Under the pieces are notes generated by a model that saw only the letters and a program-made list of their open reading frames with translations, did not search any database and was not told where the DNA came from. Positions 24,911 to 34,675 of a stretch of DNA of 41,422 nucleotides are shown here, piece by piece. Each line of letters opens with the position of its first letter. The first letter of the stretch is position 1. The translations under genes and the position numbers were made by a program. The DNA lies in assembly GCA_964607865.1 (NCBI GenBank), contig CAZSLZ010000008.1:1-41422 (forward strand), given 5' to 3'. The stretch is from an uncultured bacterium. GTDB taxonomy: Bacteria; Vulcanimicrobiota; JAJTBE01; CAZSLZ01.

Positions 24911-25528
24911 CTATATATATAGATGTTTTTTCTTGATAAAAGTTTCAACCTCAGCGGGTACCATATATTTTATTGTCCGGCCTTCCCTGATTCTTTTTCT
25001 TATCATGGTTGAAGAAATGGCAATACCCGGAATTTTTAGTACCCTTATTTTATCCTCCCGGGTAAGATTTAATTCCTTTTTCTTATTTTCCAGATCGTTT
25101 TCGTTCAACCCGGGCCGGGTGGCGGCAATAAAGTTTTCAAGTAATCCCAGAAGTTGATCCAGCCTGGACCAATTTGCGTTCAGCAGTGAGTCAACCCCGG
25201 TTATAAAAGAAATCTCGGCGTCTTTATAAAGTTTTTTCAATTCCTTTATGGTTTCCAGGGTGTAAGACAAGCCCGGCCGATCCAGCTCGATGCGGGAAGC
25301 AAAGAAATGAGGGTTATTGGAAATTGCCAGGTAAGTCATTATGTAACGCAACTCGGGATCTAAAATATATGTCCTGTAATCTGCCCCCTGCTTATGGGGA
25401 GGCTTGCTGTTGGGAATGAACAATATCTTATCAAGGCCAAAGCGCTCCCAGGCCTCCTGGGCAACAATCAAGTGGCCTATATGAACAGGGTTAAAAGTCC
25501 CTCCCATTATACCTATTTTCTGTTTCAA
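24911..25528 (-). CDS. nadD: Nicotinate-nucleotide adenylyltransferase
   Basis: The sequence IGIMGGTFNPVHIGHLIVAQEA...FIPNSKPPHK has the (H/T)xGH nucleotidyltransferase motif. It uses a TTG start with an AAGGAGGTGA 6 nt upstream. Confidence 0.85.
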   Translation of the reverse strand: MKQKIGIMGGTFNPVHIGHLIVAQEAWERFGLDKILFIPNSKPPHKQGADYRTYILDPELRYIMTYLAISNNPHFFASRIELDRPGLSYTLETIKELKKLYKDAEISFITGVDSLLNANWSRLDQLLGLLENFIAATRPGLNENDLENKKKELNLTREDKIRVLKIPGIAISSTMIRKRIREGRTIKYMVPAEVETFIKKKHLYI

Positions 25529-25539
25529 AATTCACCTCC

Positions 25540-26793
25540 TTAAGTGGAAGACCACTCCAGAGATTTATTAAACAACTCGGGATGGTGGCTCTCATAAATT
25601 TTAGAACCGGGTATTTCCAGTTCATCGCCGAATTCTTTAACAATCAGCTTGCCGCTTTTATCAAAAACATAGACACCCTCTTCTTTTCCTACAGAAACAT
25701 AACGCTCATAAATTTGTTCGTTTTCGTCGGCATAGGTTTCCAATTTCAAGAATGATAATTGATCTAACCCCACAGCTATTGAAGACTCAAAACGATGAGC
25801 CAGATAAGACAGTGTATCGGGATCCCTGGTTTTTATGCGATCCAGGCAGTGGGGAAAAAGAGTTAGCTTGGTAATCAAACCAAAACCATGGTCGAAAAAT
25901 TCAAAATCCCGGTGAACCTCGGGGTGTTCCAGATCTACCCAGCCATATAGGATTATCTTGTCCGATAATACATCGGAACCCGCAGATACGGTAAAAAAGT
26001 TGGTCCCATCAGCCAGGGCCTTTCTGAAGGTATCTTTCAGTTTATAAAAATTCAGCCGGTTCATTAATACAGCTACGTTCCCCCCGAAAATAAATATGGA
26101 ATTGGCGGAAAGTATGCGTTTTTCCAGTATTTCTTTTTGTGTCTTGTAGGTGGGGTTTTCCATAACTTTTGATTTGGTAAAGAAATAGTTGTCAATCTCC
26201 CGGCTGACCAGCGCCATTTCGTTATCCATATCTCTGATATGCTTCAATGTATATTGAATATCCCGGCAGTAGTAATGAAAGCGATGCTGTTTTACATTCT
26301 TGTCAACCAGGGTTCTGGTTTCTTCTTTAACGTCATAAGCCATAATTTCGGCAAAGGAAGTGCCGGGAAATTCTTTTCTTATCTGCCGGACCTGGCTTTT
26401 TAAAAGGCCTACCAGGCTGTGGTTTTTCTTTCGATAAAACTCTTTAACTGCAATAATGTTTTCCTGTTTTTCATGATAAAATTTATAAAGCCTGGGTTCC
26501 TTCTTCTTGAATTCGTTAAACATATGATATATGGAAAGATTTTGTATGTTCACATCATATCCATCTTTGTAGAGCGATTTTATCCCAATATCCCTGATGG
26601 CTTCTTTTACATGCTCTTCCCTGTGTTCATCCCGCCTCCAGGCGGCGGTAATTAGCAGAACCTTCTTATCTTCTCTTACTTTTGGGTCCTTATGAATTGA
26701 AGAAAGCAGTTTTTCTTTAAACTTATATATATAATCAACTTCAAACTCGATATTTCCGTTTAATATTATGGAACCTTTCATTGATAAAATCAC
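25540..26793 (-). CDS. Peptidase S51 (cyanophycinase / dipeptidase E-like) family protein with an N-terminal extension of about 200 aa
   Basis: The C-terminal half fits the S51 pattern: SIFIFGGNVAVLMNRLNFYKLKDTFRKALADGTNFFTVSAGSDVLSDK (compare IyvgGGNTFhLl...GgvYiGsSAGa) and GFGLITKLTLFPHCLDR (compare GLGLlp..vdqHf). Confidence 0.5.
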   Translation of the reverse strand: MILSMKGSIILNGNIEFEVDYIYKFKEKLLSSIHKDPKVREDKKVLLITAAWRRDEHREEHVKEAIRDIGIKSLYKDGYDVNIQNLSIYHMFNEFKKKEPRLYKFYHEKQENIIAVKEFYRKKNHSLVGLLKSQVRQIRKEFPGTSFAEIMAYDVKEETRTLVDKNVKQHRFHYYCRDIQYTLKHIRDMDNEMALVSREIDNYFFTKSKVMENPTYKTQKEILEKRILSANSIFIFGGNVAVLMNRLNFYKLKDTFRKALADGTNFFTVSAGSDVLSDKIILYGWVDLEHPEVHRDFEFFDHGFGLITKLTLFPHCLDRIKTRDPDTLSYLAHRFESSIAVGLDQLSFLKLETYADENEQIYERYVSVGKEEGVYVFDKSGKLIVKEFGDELEIPGSKIYESHHPELFNKSLEWSST

Positions 26794-26948
26794 CTGCTAT
26801 ATCTGTTATTTAATAATTTTATTATTTCAAGCCATTTTTTTTCAATATAATTACGTTGTCTCCCTGCTATTTCAAATAAATAAAAAAACTGCAGCTTTGC
26901 CCTTGATTTTTAATAACATTGCAGTGAATTAATACTAAATAATTCAAG

Positions 26949-27458
26949 GTGAAAAAAATGAAGAATAAATCTGTTATTTTCCTGTTAATTTTGTATTACC
27001 TGTTGATTTCTGCAGGCTGTTCCTCCAGAACCACACAGAACAACCTCAACATTAAGGTGATTAATACCGAACAAACCGAGAGTATGCCTATTACAGTTAC
27101 CATAAAAGTAGATAACGAAATTGTGGCAAAAAACCAGAAGATTGAACCCGGAGCAAATTTTCAAATTACCAGAAAACTTCCATTGGGTTTTCATAAGATT
27201 TATATTGAAGAAGAAGCGACCCGGGCCAGCGTATCATCACCGGTGACAACCCACCAGGAGTTCTGGTATGAAGCCGGTTTTCACAGAAAGGGCAAAGGCA
27301 TAGGATATTTTGAAACCAAAATGATGGATAAACTCTACAAGGAAGAAATAGAAAATAATGATAATAAGGAAGCTGACTGGAAAAACAACGAAGAGTTTGA
27401 AAATCGCCTCGACAAACAACTTGATAATCTGAACACTGAAAATAAAAAGAAGAAATAA
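26949..27458 (+). CDS. Hypothetical lipoprotein
   Basis: The lipobox is LLISAGCSS. The C-terminal tail is Asn/Glu/Lys-rich and low-complexity. Confidence 0.5.
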   Translation: MKKMKNKSVIFLLILYYLLISAGCSSRTTQNNLNIKVINTEQTESMPITVTIKVDNEIVAKNQKIEPGANFQITRKLPLGFHKIYIEEEATRASVSSPVTTHQEFWYEAGFHRKGKGIGYFETKMMDKLYKEEIENNDNKEADWKNNEEFENRLDKQLDNLNTENKKKK

Positions 27459-27517
27459 TTTTTTATTACCTACCATTATGTTATAATGTATTTAATCTCA
27501 TCAAACTATCCAGTGGG

Positions 27518-28060
27518 GTGCCAGTTATGAAAAGAATATTCCAATTTATACCAGTAATTATATTTCTTTTATTTACAGGTTGCCGGGGAAAAGTGGTTGC
27601 GGACATGACTTTCTGGGTAACCGGCGCCGGGAATGCCATAATAACAATGGAAAATTTCAGGGGCGCCAAAGACCGGATAGAAAGCCAACTCACCAGCGAT
27701 GGCTTCAGGGTGAAAGAAGTTTACTATGATGAAAACAACACCATAGTTAAACTCGAATGGAATAATTTCAATAAGGTTCGACAATTCCAGAAAATGACAC
27801 TCAATTCTGATTTTTCGCTGACCCTTGATTGCGGTAATGTTGATGAACTTAGTAGTTTTGACGGGGAAGTCTTTGTTACAGTCCCCGGTAAAATTATCAG
27901 TGAAGAAGGAATAAAACTGGAGCCCAACAGAGTAAAATTCAACTCGGGACAAGTAACCGTAACTTATTGGCCCACTGTTTTCTATTATATTACCCTGGCT
28001 TTTATTCTTGGCCTGGGCGGTTTCGTTTACTGGTTTTTCAAAAAAAGAAACCGGGGTTAA
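27518..28060 (+). CDS. Hypothetical lipoprotein with a C-terminal TM anchor
   Basis: The lipobox is LLFTGCRG. The C-terminal hydrophobic helix is PTVFYYITLAFILGLGGFVYWFF, followed by KKRNRG. Confidence 0.5.
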   Translation: MPVMKRIFQFIPVIIFLLFTGCRGKVVADMTFWVTGAGNAIITMENFRGAKDRIESQLTSDGFRVKEVYYDENNTIVKLEWNNFNKVRQFQKMTLNSDFSLTLDCGNVDELSSFDGEVFVTVPGKIISEEGIKLEPNRVKFNSGQVTVTYWPTVFYYITLAFILGLGGFVYWFFKKRNRG

Positions 28061-28094
28061 GTTGTTACAAAATATTAATCTTCTTAATCTCAAC

Positions 28095-28325
28095 CTGCAG
28101 GGGTTTTCCATACCCACTTACATGGGTGGTACAGATCGCCACGTCGCTAGTCGCGATGACAGTTTTTGAGAGTTGGCTCCCAACCCAGATACCTTGCGTT
28201 CGTGAGCGCCTGGATCTTTTTCATTTTTCATCCAACTGTATTGCGAACAATATGTTCACCAATTCCAAATGGGGAGAGAGCGCCACGCATGCTGGGGATG
28301 CCCGTGATGACGAAATTAGAATTTT
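28095..28325 (+). repeat. Mosaic structured intergenic repeat, copy 3 (a degenerate B' module, a C module and a B module)
   Basis: The region 28266-28312, ggggagagagcgccacgcatgctggggatgcccgtgatgacgaa, is a B-module copy. The region 28235-28270, attgcgaacaatatgttcaccaattccaaatgg, matches 41207-41240. The region 28128-28160, tacagatcgccacgtcgctagtcgcgatgacag, is a degenerate second B-like unit. Confidence 0.6.
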
Positions 28326-28339
28326 TCAACTTGTAAACA

Positions 28340-28369
28340 AAGGGGCTGCCCTTTTGGGACAGCTCCTGT
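28340..28369. terminator. Conserved GGGACAGC hairpin (aaaggggctgcccttttgggacagctcctg)
   Basis: The stem gctgccc/gggacagc lies between the repeat copy and the minus-strand ackA stop at 28424. Confidence 0.5.
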
Positions 28370-28423
28370 AAAATCCTGTTCTGTTTTAATTTGATCTTAT
28401 TTTTGGGGAAGTCAGTATTCAGG

Positions 28424-29635
28424 TTAAGCTGGGGTTTTTGCAACTTCTATTATTTCCCTGGTTTCCCTGGCAATCATCAATTCCTCGTTGGTGGGGATAA
28501 TCCAGACTCTTACTCTGGAATCATCGGTACTGATTTTTCTTTCAGACTTTTTGCCGGCATTGGCTTTCTTGTCAAGTTTTACCCCCATGAATTCCAGGCC
28601 TTCCAGCGACTTTTCCCTGACACCATTGTCATTCTCACCGATTCCGGCAGTAAAGATAATATCAGTTACCCCGCCCATGGCTGCTGCATAGGCGCCGAGG
28701 TACTTTTTAATTCTATAACAATACACATCCAGTGCTAACTGGGCGCGTTTATTGTTTTTTTCCGCTGCTTCCCATAGATCTCTGAAATCATTGGAAATAC
28801 CCGAAATGCCTTTCATTCCACTCTGTTTATTCATAAGTCTGTCCACCTGTTTGGTGTCCATGTTTTCCTTATCCATTATGAAGGTTACCACCGCCGGGTC
28901 CATATCGCCGCAACGGGTCCCCATTACCAGCCCTTCCAGAGGAGTCAGGCCCATGGAAGTATCCACAGATTTACCATCCTTGACAGCAGCTATGCTTGAA
29001 CCGTTTCCCAGGTGGCAGGTGATGATTTTCAAACCTTCGGGCCCCTGATTTAAAATATCCATCAATTTTTTGCTTACATACTTATGTGAGGTGCCATGAA
29101 AACCGTATCGACGAATACGATGCTTCTCATACATTTCATATGGAAGTCCGTATATGAATGCGTGGGGGTCCATGGTCTGATGGAAAGCTGTGTCAAAAAC
29201 ACCTACCTGGGGGACCTGGGGGAGCAGTGACTGGGCAGCAGAGATACCCATGAGGTTTGGTGGGTTATGTAACGGAGCCAGGGGAATGCACTCCTCCATT
29301 TTTTTAATAACCTCTTTGTTAATTTGAACAGTGGTGGCAAAGGTTTCCGCGCCATGAACCACACGGTGGCCCACTCCCTTGATTTCATTTATGTCTTTTA
29401 AAAGATTGTTTTCAGGATCAAGCAGGTCATCTATTACTACCTGGAAGGCCGCTTTATGATCCGGAGCTTTGACTATTCTTTTTTCTTTTTTACCGTTAAA
29501 TTCGTTGGAAAACACAGGCTGAGATTCACCAATTCTTTCTACCAGCCCCTTGGCTACCAGTGAAAGATCATCGAAGTTGAAAAGCTGAAATTTAAGGGAA
29601 GAACTGCCGGTGTTTATAACCAGAATTCTATTCAT
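28424..29635 (-). CDS. ackA: Acetate kinase
   Basis: The sequence MNRILVINTGSSSLKFQLF...GHRVVHGAE...FDTAFHQTM...RRYGFHGTSH...EGLKIITCHLGNGSSI...GIGEN contains all the canonical AckA motifs. Confidence 0.9.
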   Translation of the reverse strand: MNRILVINTGSSSLKFQLFNFDDLSLVAKGLVERIGESQPVFSNEFNGKKEKRIVKAPDHKAAFQVVIDDLLDPENNLLKDINEIKGVGHRVVHGAETFATTVQINKEVIKKMEECIPLAPLHNPPNLMGISAAQSLLPQVPQVGVFDTAFHQTMDPHAFIYGLPYEMYEKHRIRRYGFHGTSHKYVSKKLMDILNQGPEGLKIITCHLGNGSSIAAVKDGKSVDTSMGLTPLEGLVMGTRCGDMDPAVVTFIMDKENMDTKQVDRLMNKQSGMKGISGISNDFRDLWEAAEKNNKRAQLALDVYCYRIKKYLGAYAAAMGGVTDIIFTAGIGENDNGVREKSLEGLEFMGVKLDKKANAGKKSERKISTDDSRVRVWIIPTNEELMIARETREIIEVAKTPA

Positions 29636-29749
29636 GTTAAAACCTTCTTTCTATAAATAAATTAATGTTATAACTGGGGAAAACTAATGAATATTTAGTG
29701 TATTTAATACAAATTCCTGCCCCGAAAAGAAGGGGGAAATGATGTTACT

Positions 29750-30820
29750 TCAGTTTTCCTCTTTTAGTGCAGAAGGGTGAGAAAAATCCAGGTTGACGGA
29801 GGGATTTATTTTTTTTATAGCTTTCAGAGCACCGTTCAGGTTGTCAACGGGAATAACTTGCAGTCTGGTGGCAGTTTTTTTTGCTTCCTTATAATTTTCT
29901 GAAGGAACCAGAAAATAATCCATGTTTTTCGCCTCGGCAGCTTTGATCTTATGTTTTACGCCTTCTATGGGGTAAACATCTCCATCTTCATATATGACTC
30001 CGGTTCCGGCAATCTTTTTGCCTCCGGTCATGTCAACTCCAGAAATCTGCTTGATAATTTCCAGGGCGAACATAAGCCCCGCCGAGGTCCCCTGAATATT
30101 ATCCACGTTGTAATCAATTCTAAAAGGAGATTTGAACCCCTTCAATTTACTTCCTGCGGAAATCCCAATGAGCAATCTTTCTTCGACCAGGGTAAGTTTT
30201 ACATTCTTTTCCAGAATTTTGCCATTCCGGTCAATTTTCAATGTAACGCTGTTTCCGATTCTATATTTGGAAGGGCCAAGAAACAGATCTGAATTATTTT
30301 CTACTTTTCGCCTGTCAATTTCTAAAATTTTATCGCCGACTTCTAATTTATTTCGGGCATCACCCCAGGAAAAGACCTGAGTGACAATTACCGGGCTTTT
30401 TTCAAACTCTATGTTGTAACCCATGGCTCTGAGCGCAGCAATGTGGGCAAAAAGCTGGCTTTCTTCCATTTTGTTCTGTTCATTTTGTTTTCGTTTTTTT
30501 TCACTGATATAGATTTTGATATTGGTGTCGGGTATAGGGGTCAGCTCTGCCTGGGGAAGCAGAAGCCCTTTTAAGAATAAAAATAAATTGGCCCTGTAAT
30601 AACTCACAGTGGCGACGAAAAAGCGATCTCTTAATGATTCCCTGCCGGAATTACTGACATTTACCAAGGTTGAGGCGTCAGTACAATTTGCGGGAGCCTC
30701 ATACATATAAGGTGTTTGTATGGTGAACAAAGGAACGCCGATGATGATAACGGCAAGAATAATTCTTACAACCGAATTTTTTAAGTCGTTGAGCTTTTTT
30801 GGGGAAACAATTTTTGGCAT
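29750..30820 (-). CDS. PDZ-domain Lon-like S16 peptidase (YlbL/SdrC-like)
   Basis: It has an N-terminal TM segment, a PDZ domain (VGDKILEIDRRKVENNSD) and a Lon-protease C-terminal domain containing the Ser-Lys dyad context (GTSAGLMFALEIIKQISGVDMTGGKKIAGTGVIYEDGDVYPIEGVKHKIKAAEAKNMDYFLVP). Confidence 0.7.
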   Translation of the reverse strand: MPKIVSPKKLNDLKNSVVRIILAVIIIGVPLFTIQTPYMYEAPANCTDASTLVNVSNSGRESLRDRFFVATVSYYRANLFLFLKGLLLPQAELTPIPDTNIKIYISEKKRKQNEQNKMEESQLFAHIAALRAMGYNIEFEKSPVIVTQVFSWGDARNKLEVGDKILEIDRRKVENNSDLFLGPSKYRIGNSVTLKIDRNGKILEKNVKLTLVEERLLIGISAGSKLKGFKSPFRIDYNVDNIQGTSAGLMFALEIIKQISGVDMTGGKKIAGTGVIYEDGDVYPIEGVKHKIKAAEAKNMDYFLVPSENYKEAKKTATRLQVIPVDNLNGALKAIKKINPSVNLDFSHPSALKEEN

Positions 30821-30822
30821 AA

Positions 30823-31461
30823 TTAATTATTTTCATGAATCATTTTGGCAAGAATAATACCATCATAGAAGGCGGCCATCAGATAATCGATAAGAACATC
30901 GACTTTTTCTCCTGCCAGATCTACCAGTAATTGAGAGTTCGAAGCGAACAATTCCCGATAGGCTCCTTCAAAGTGTTCAATTATGCCTGTATTTTCATCC
31001 ATTTTTTTTATAAAGTCTAATTCTTTGTTGTTCAGCCTGGTAACATAAACTTTTTTAAATAGTTCCAATATGTCGATTTTGTCTATTTTAGTCAGGTCAA
31101 TGCCGTTATTTACTTTTATGAATGAGCATCCCAGAAGAAAACCATCTAAAAAGTTATTGGAAACCTGCAGGTTCATATAAAGATGCAGAACCAGAAAATT
31201 TTCCTTTTTATAATTAACCTGCTTTATTATTTGATTGAGGCTGTCGTTAATCAAATAATTGGAAATTAATAATAACGAAGAAATAATATTTTTATTGATT
31301 TCTATTTCTCCGTTACTTTTTTTTAGAAATTCATTTATAATTTTCAAAGAAGTGCGGTCGTCGGTTTGTCTGGAACTGAGAAAATGGCCTTTTCGCCGGG
31401 TTATTTCCTCCAGCTCCTCTCTGATTGCCGCTGATAATTTATCGTCTTCCATTATTCTCAT
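30823..31461 (-). CDS. Hypothetical protein, probably translationally coupled to the downstream peptidase
   Basis: The 212-aa protein is helical and contains Asn/Ile-rich segments. Its stop lies 2 nt before the peptidase start. I recognise no family. Confidence 0.4.
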   Translation of the reverse strand: MRIMEDDKLSAAIREELEEITRRKGHFLSSRQTDDRTSLKIINEFLKKSNGEIEINKNIISSLLLISNYLINDSLNQIIKQVNYKKENFLVLHLYMNLQVSNNFLDGFLLGCSFIKVNNGIDLTKIDKIDILELFKKVYVTRLNNKELDFIKKMDENTGIIEHFEGAYRELFASNSQLLVDLAGEKVDVLIDYLMAAFYDGIILAKMIHENN

Positions 31462-31658
31462 CCTTACATGGTATAAAAAAAAGTTATATAAAATCGAAAA
31501 AATTCCTTTATTAAGCAGGAACAGAAGAATTTATATAAAATTTTTTTACTATGTTGGTTATAGTCTTTAATTAACCAACTTTTTATTTGATTCAATAGAG
31601 AATCCTTTTCAACCGTAACACTTGTTAAATTTTTTACAATTAGTAAAGCGAGGGTATT

Positions 31659-32981
31659 ATGAAAAAGAAACGAGTCATTATCATGGGAGCCGCAGGGCGG
31701 GACTTCCACAACTTCAACACCTATTTCAGAGATAGGGAAGAATACGAGGTAGCAGCTTTTACAGCCACCCAGATTCCTGATATTCACGGAAGGCTTTACC
31801 CCCAGGAATTGTCGGGTAAGAACTATCCCAACGGAATCAAGATTTATCCCGAAGAAGATCTTACCAAGTTGATAAAAGAGTTAGACATCGATGATGTTGT
31901 TTTTTCCTACAGCGATGTTCCCCACGAATATGTCATGCATAAAGCCAGCGAAGTAATTGCTGCAGGTGCAAATTTCCGTTTACTCAGCGCCCGGGATACC
32001 CAGTTGAAATCCAAGGTGCCCGTAGTGGCGGTTTGCGCAGTAAGAACCGGTGTGGGTAAAAGCCAGACGACACGAAGAGTTTTGCAGATTATTGAAGAAA
32101 AAGGGTTGAAGCCGGTGGCAATCCGCCATCCCATGCCTTATGGGGACCTGACCAAACAAATTGCCCAGCGGTTTGAAACCCTGGAAGATTTGAAAAACCA
32201 TAACTGCACCATTGAAGAGATTGAAGAATATGAACCTCATATTGCCCACGGCAGGGTGGTATATGCAGGCATCGATTATGAAAAAATTATGCAGCAGGCT
32301 GAAAAGGAAGCTGATGTTATAGTGTGGGACGGCGGAAATAACGATTTGCCCTTCTATATTCCCGATCTGCACATAACTCTGGCTGACCCCCTGAGAGTTG
32401 GGCATGAATCCAAGTATTATCCCGGCGAATCCAATGCCCGGATGGCTGACATTCTGGTCATTAATAAGGTTGATACCGCCAAACCCGAAGACGTTGAAGA
32501 GCTGGAGAAGAATTTGAAAGTTCTCAACCCCGATGCAGTTGTAGTTAGAGCGGAATCTCCTATTTCTCTTACCAATGCAGATGAGGTCAGGGGCAAAAAG
32601 GTTCTGGTTATAGAAGACGGCCCCACCCTTACCCACGGAGATATGGCTTTTGGAGCCGGTGTTCTGGCAGCAAAGAAATTCGGCGCCAAGGAAGTAATTG
32701 ATCCTCGCCCCTACGCTGTGGGATCCATAAAGGATACTTTCGGGAAGTATCCCCATACCGGAGCCCTGCTGCCTGCAATGGGCTATTCAGAAAAACAGCT
32801 GAGTGAATTGAGAAAAACCATAGAGAGAACACCCTGTGAACTGGTCATTCTGGGGACTCCTATAGACCTTCGGAGATACATCCAGATTCCCAAGCCCGTG
32901 GTCAGAGTAACTTATGATTTGAAAGAATTAGGCCCCGAATATCTGGAAAATCATATGAGGCCAGTTTTCGATAAAATATAA
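31659..32981 (+). CDS. P-loop-containing protein (Rossmann-like N-domain followed by a Walker-A domain; DUF1611-like)
   Basis: The N-terminus RVIIMGAAGRDFHNFNTYF is Rossmann-like. The Walker A is VVAVCAVRTGVGKSQTTRRV. The family assignment is tentative. Confidence 0.45.
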   Translation: MKKKRVIIMGAAGRDFHNFNTYFRDREEYEVAAFTATQIPDIHGRLYPQELSGKNYPNGIKIYPEEDLTKLIKELDIDDVVFSYSDVPHEYVMHKASEVIAAGANFRLLSARDTQLKSKVPVVAVCAVRTGVGKSQTTRRVLQIIEEKGLKPVAIRHPMPYGDLTKQIAQRFETLEDLKNHNCTIEEIEEYEPHIAHGRVVYAGIDYEKIMQQAEKEADVIVWDGGNNDLPFYIPDLHITLADPLRVGHESKYYPGESNARMADILVINKVDTAKPEDVEELEKNLKVLNPDAVVVRAESPISLTNADEVRGKKVLVIEDGPTLTHGDMAFGAGVLAAKKFGAKEVIDPRPYAVGSIKDTFGKYPHTGALLPAMGYSEKQLSELRKTIERTPCELVILGTPIDLRRYIQIPKPVVRVTYDLKELGPEYLENHMRPVFDKI

Positions 32982-33003
32982 AACCAGTTCTACTGAAATT
33001 AAA

Positions 33004-33034
33004 AGCTGCCGGTTTTACTGGCAGTTTTTTTTTA
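33004..33034 (+). terminator. Rho-independent terminator agctgccgg-tttta-ctggcagtt followed by TTTTTTTTT
   Basis: The stem and T-run lie 23 nt after the stop of the preceding gene. Confidence 0.65.
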
Positions 33035-33089
33035 TTTTCGCAAAAAATGCAACTAAAACAATATATATTTGTTGAAAGGGGTGATATCA

Positions 33090-33497
33090 ATGAAGAAATA
33101 TAAAGTGTTATTGATTTTATTATTGGCAGTATTTTTGAATATAAGCCAGATTAATGCTCAGATATATACTGATTATGAAGCTAAAAGTTTTCTGAAGAAA
33201 TTAGGTTTTACCAGGTTTTTTGAAAATGCCGGTATGATTTCTTTTGATTCGGGGGTTCTGGAAGCAAACGGGGGCATATATGTGGGAATCCCGGTATATC
33301 TTTATCACATTGCCGGTATCGAAAATGTTTTTGTTGTTGACCGGAGCATTTCTTTTTATGGGAATTCTTCGTCCTTTGTGTTAAAAGCCAATATACTGCA
33401 TTTATCTGCAGCTTATGGTGAAATTAACGGCGAGCCGATGTTAATTGCCGGTAAAAGTTTGAAAGATATTGCCAATGAGTTACTTAAGAATTTATAG
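33090..33497 (+). CDS. Small secreted hypothetical protein
   Basis: The signal peptide is MKKYKVLLILLLAVFLNISQINA. The start is at 33090, with a GGGGTGA 8 nt upstream. The track ORF begins 21 nt earlier. Confidence 0.45.
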   Translation: MKKYKVLLILLLAVFLNISQINAQIYTDYEAKSFLKKLGFTRFFENAGMISFDSGVLEANGGIYVGIPVYLYHIAGIENVFVVDRSISFYGNSSSFVLKANILHLSAAYGEINGEPMLIAGKSLKDIANELLKNL

Positions 33498-33686
33498 GTA
33501 AGAGTTTACAAAAATCAACCCCCAGACAACCCTCTAACCGGAATGAAGAAGCTACAGCTTGAAGAGGCAGTAGAATTTAAAATATTTCATTAATTTAAGT
33601 AATAAGATGTAAATAGCAGGGGATATGAGTAATATATTGAAATTAATGATATTTAGGAATATTAACTTGATTTAAAAGAGGTAAAA

Positions 33687-34622
33687 ATGTCAGGAGAATT
33701 CACAAAAGCACAGAATATGATAAGGTTGTTAATGGTTATTATGAGAAACCCAAAAATCACGCCCACAGAGGTGATGGATTATCTTTCCATTAGTAAAGAC
33801 CAATATTACAGGTATTTCAATGAATTGACCCATTTGCTGCCAATATATTATGACAGGGAAAAGAGAAGTTATGAAATAAATAACCTGGCAGATTTACCCG
33901 ATTTGATTGAAGATTCGAATAAACTTTATTCTCTGCTTCTGGTACTGCATTTGCTGGATGCTACCAAGGTTGAAAACCCCCGTAATTTTCAGCAGTTGAA
34001 GAAAATGATGGGAATAAGCCCGGAGATTGAATCAATATTCAAATATTGTGTGGGGGTTGAAAGGTTTCCTCATCACGAAGAATTTTTAGATAAGTTGGCT
34101 GAGATATATAAGGCTATCTTTTTTAAACGGATAATCACTTTTTCTTATTCCAAACAGAAAGAGGTTATCGAAAAAATTGAATTGGAACCTTACCGGCTGG
34201 TTCATGACCGTGACTGGTATGTGAGAGGATATAACCCTTACAAGAAAGAGAAGAGAACATACAAAATAAGCCGGATGAAAAATGTGGAAATTACTCAAGA
34301 TAGTTTTAATATGCCCGCAGAAGTTGAAGTTTCGGTGATTAATACCCCCTGGGATTTTGAAAACACATGTACTCAAGAGGTGGAGATTCTCTTCGATAGT
34401 TCACTGGAGCAATATTTAAACGAACAGCATTTTCACCCCAGCCAGAAACTGGAAGAGACCAGAGATGGAAATATTTTATTCAAAGTTGTAGTTAAAACAC
34501 CGGAGCATATGATTCCCTGGATTATTTCCCATCGAAAACTGGCAAGAATCATTAAGCCTGAATGGTTAAAAGATAAGTTATTGGAAGAACTGGATAAAAT
34601 CAAGGGTGTATATACAAAATAA
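33687..34622 (+). CDS. WYL-domain transcriptional regulator (HTH-WYL-WCX architecture)
   Basis: The N-terminal wHTH is MIRLLMVIMRNPKITPTEVMDYLSISKDQYYRYFNEL. The WYL domain is KIITFSYSKQKEVIEKIELEPYRLVHDRDWYVRGYNPYKKEKRTYKISRM. A C-terminal WCX-like extension follows. Confidence 0.7.
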   Translation: MSGEFTKAQNMIRLLMVIMRNPKITPTEVMDYLSISKDQYYRYFNELTHLLPIYYDREKRSYEINNLADLPDLIEDSNKLYSLLLVLHLLDATKVENPRNFQQLKKMMGISPEIESIFKYCVGVERFPHHEEFLDKLAEIYKAIFFKRIITFSYSKQKEVIEKIELEPYRLVHDRDWYVRGYNPYKKEKRTYKISRMKNVEITQDSFNMPAEVEVSVINTPWDFENTCTQEVEILFDSSLEQYLNEQHFHPSQKLEETRDGNILFKVVVKTPEHMIPWIISHRKLARIIKPEWLKDKLLEELDKIKGVYTK

Positions 34623-34636
34623 TTCCTTCTATGTAA

Positions 34637-34669
34637 AAGAAGCTGCCCTGAAAGGACAGCCCTTTTTTT
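34637..34669. terminator. Bidirectional terminator hairpin (aagaagctgccctgaaaggacagcccttttttt), a variant of the GGGACAGC family
   Basis: It lies between the convergent WYL gene (ends at 34622) and the HD-GYP gene (ends at 34676). The T-run is on the plus strand and an A-run on the minus strand. Confidence 0.55.
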
Positions 34670-34675
34670 ATCTTC

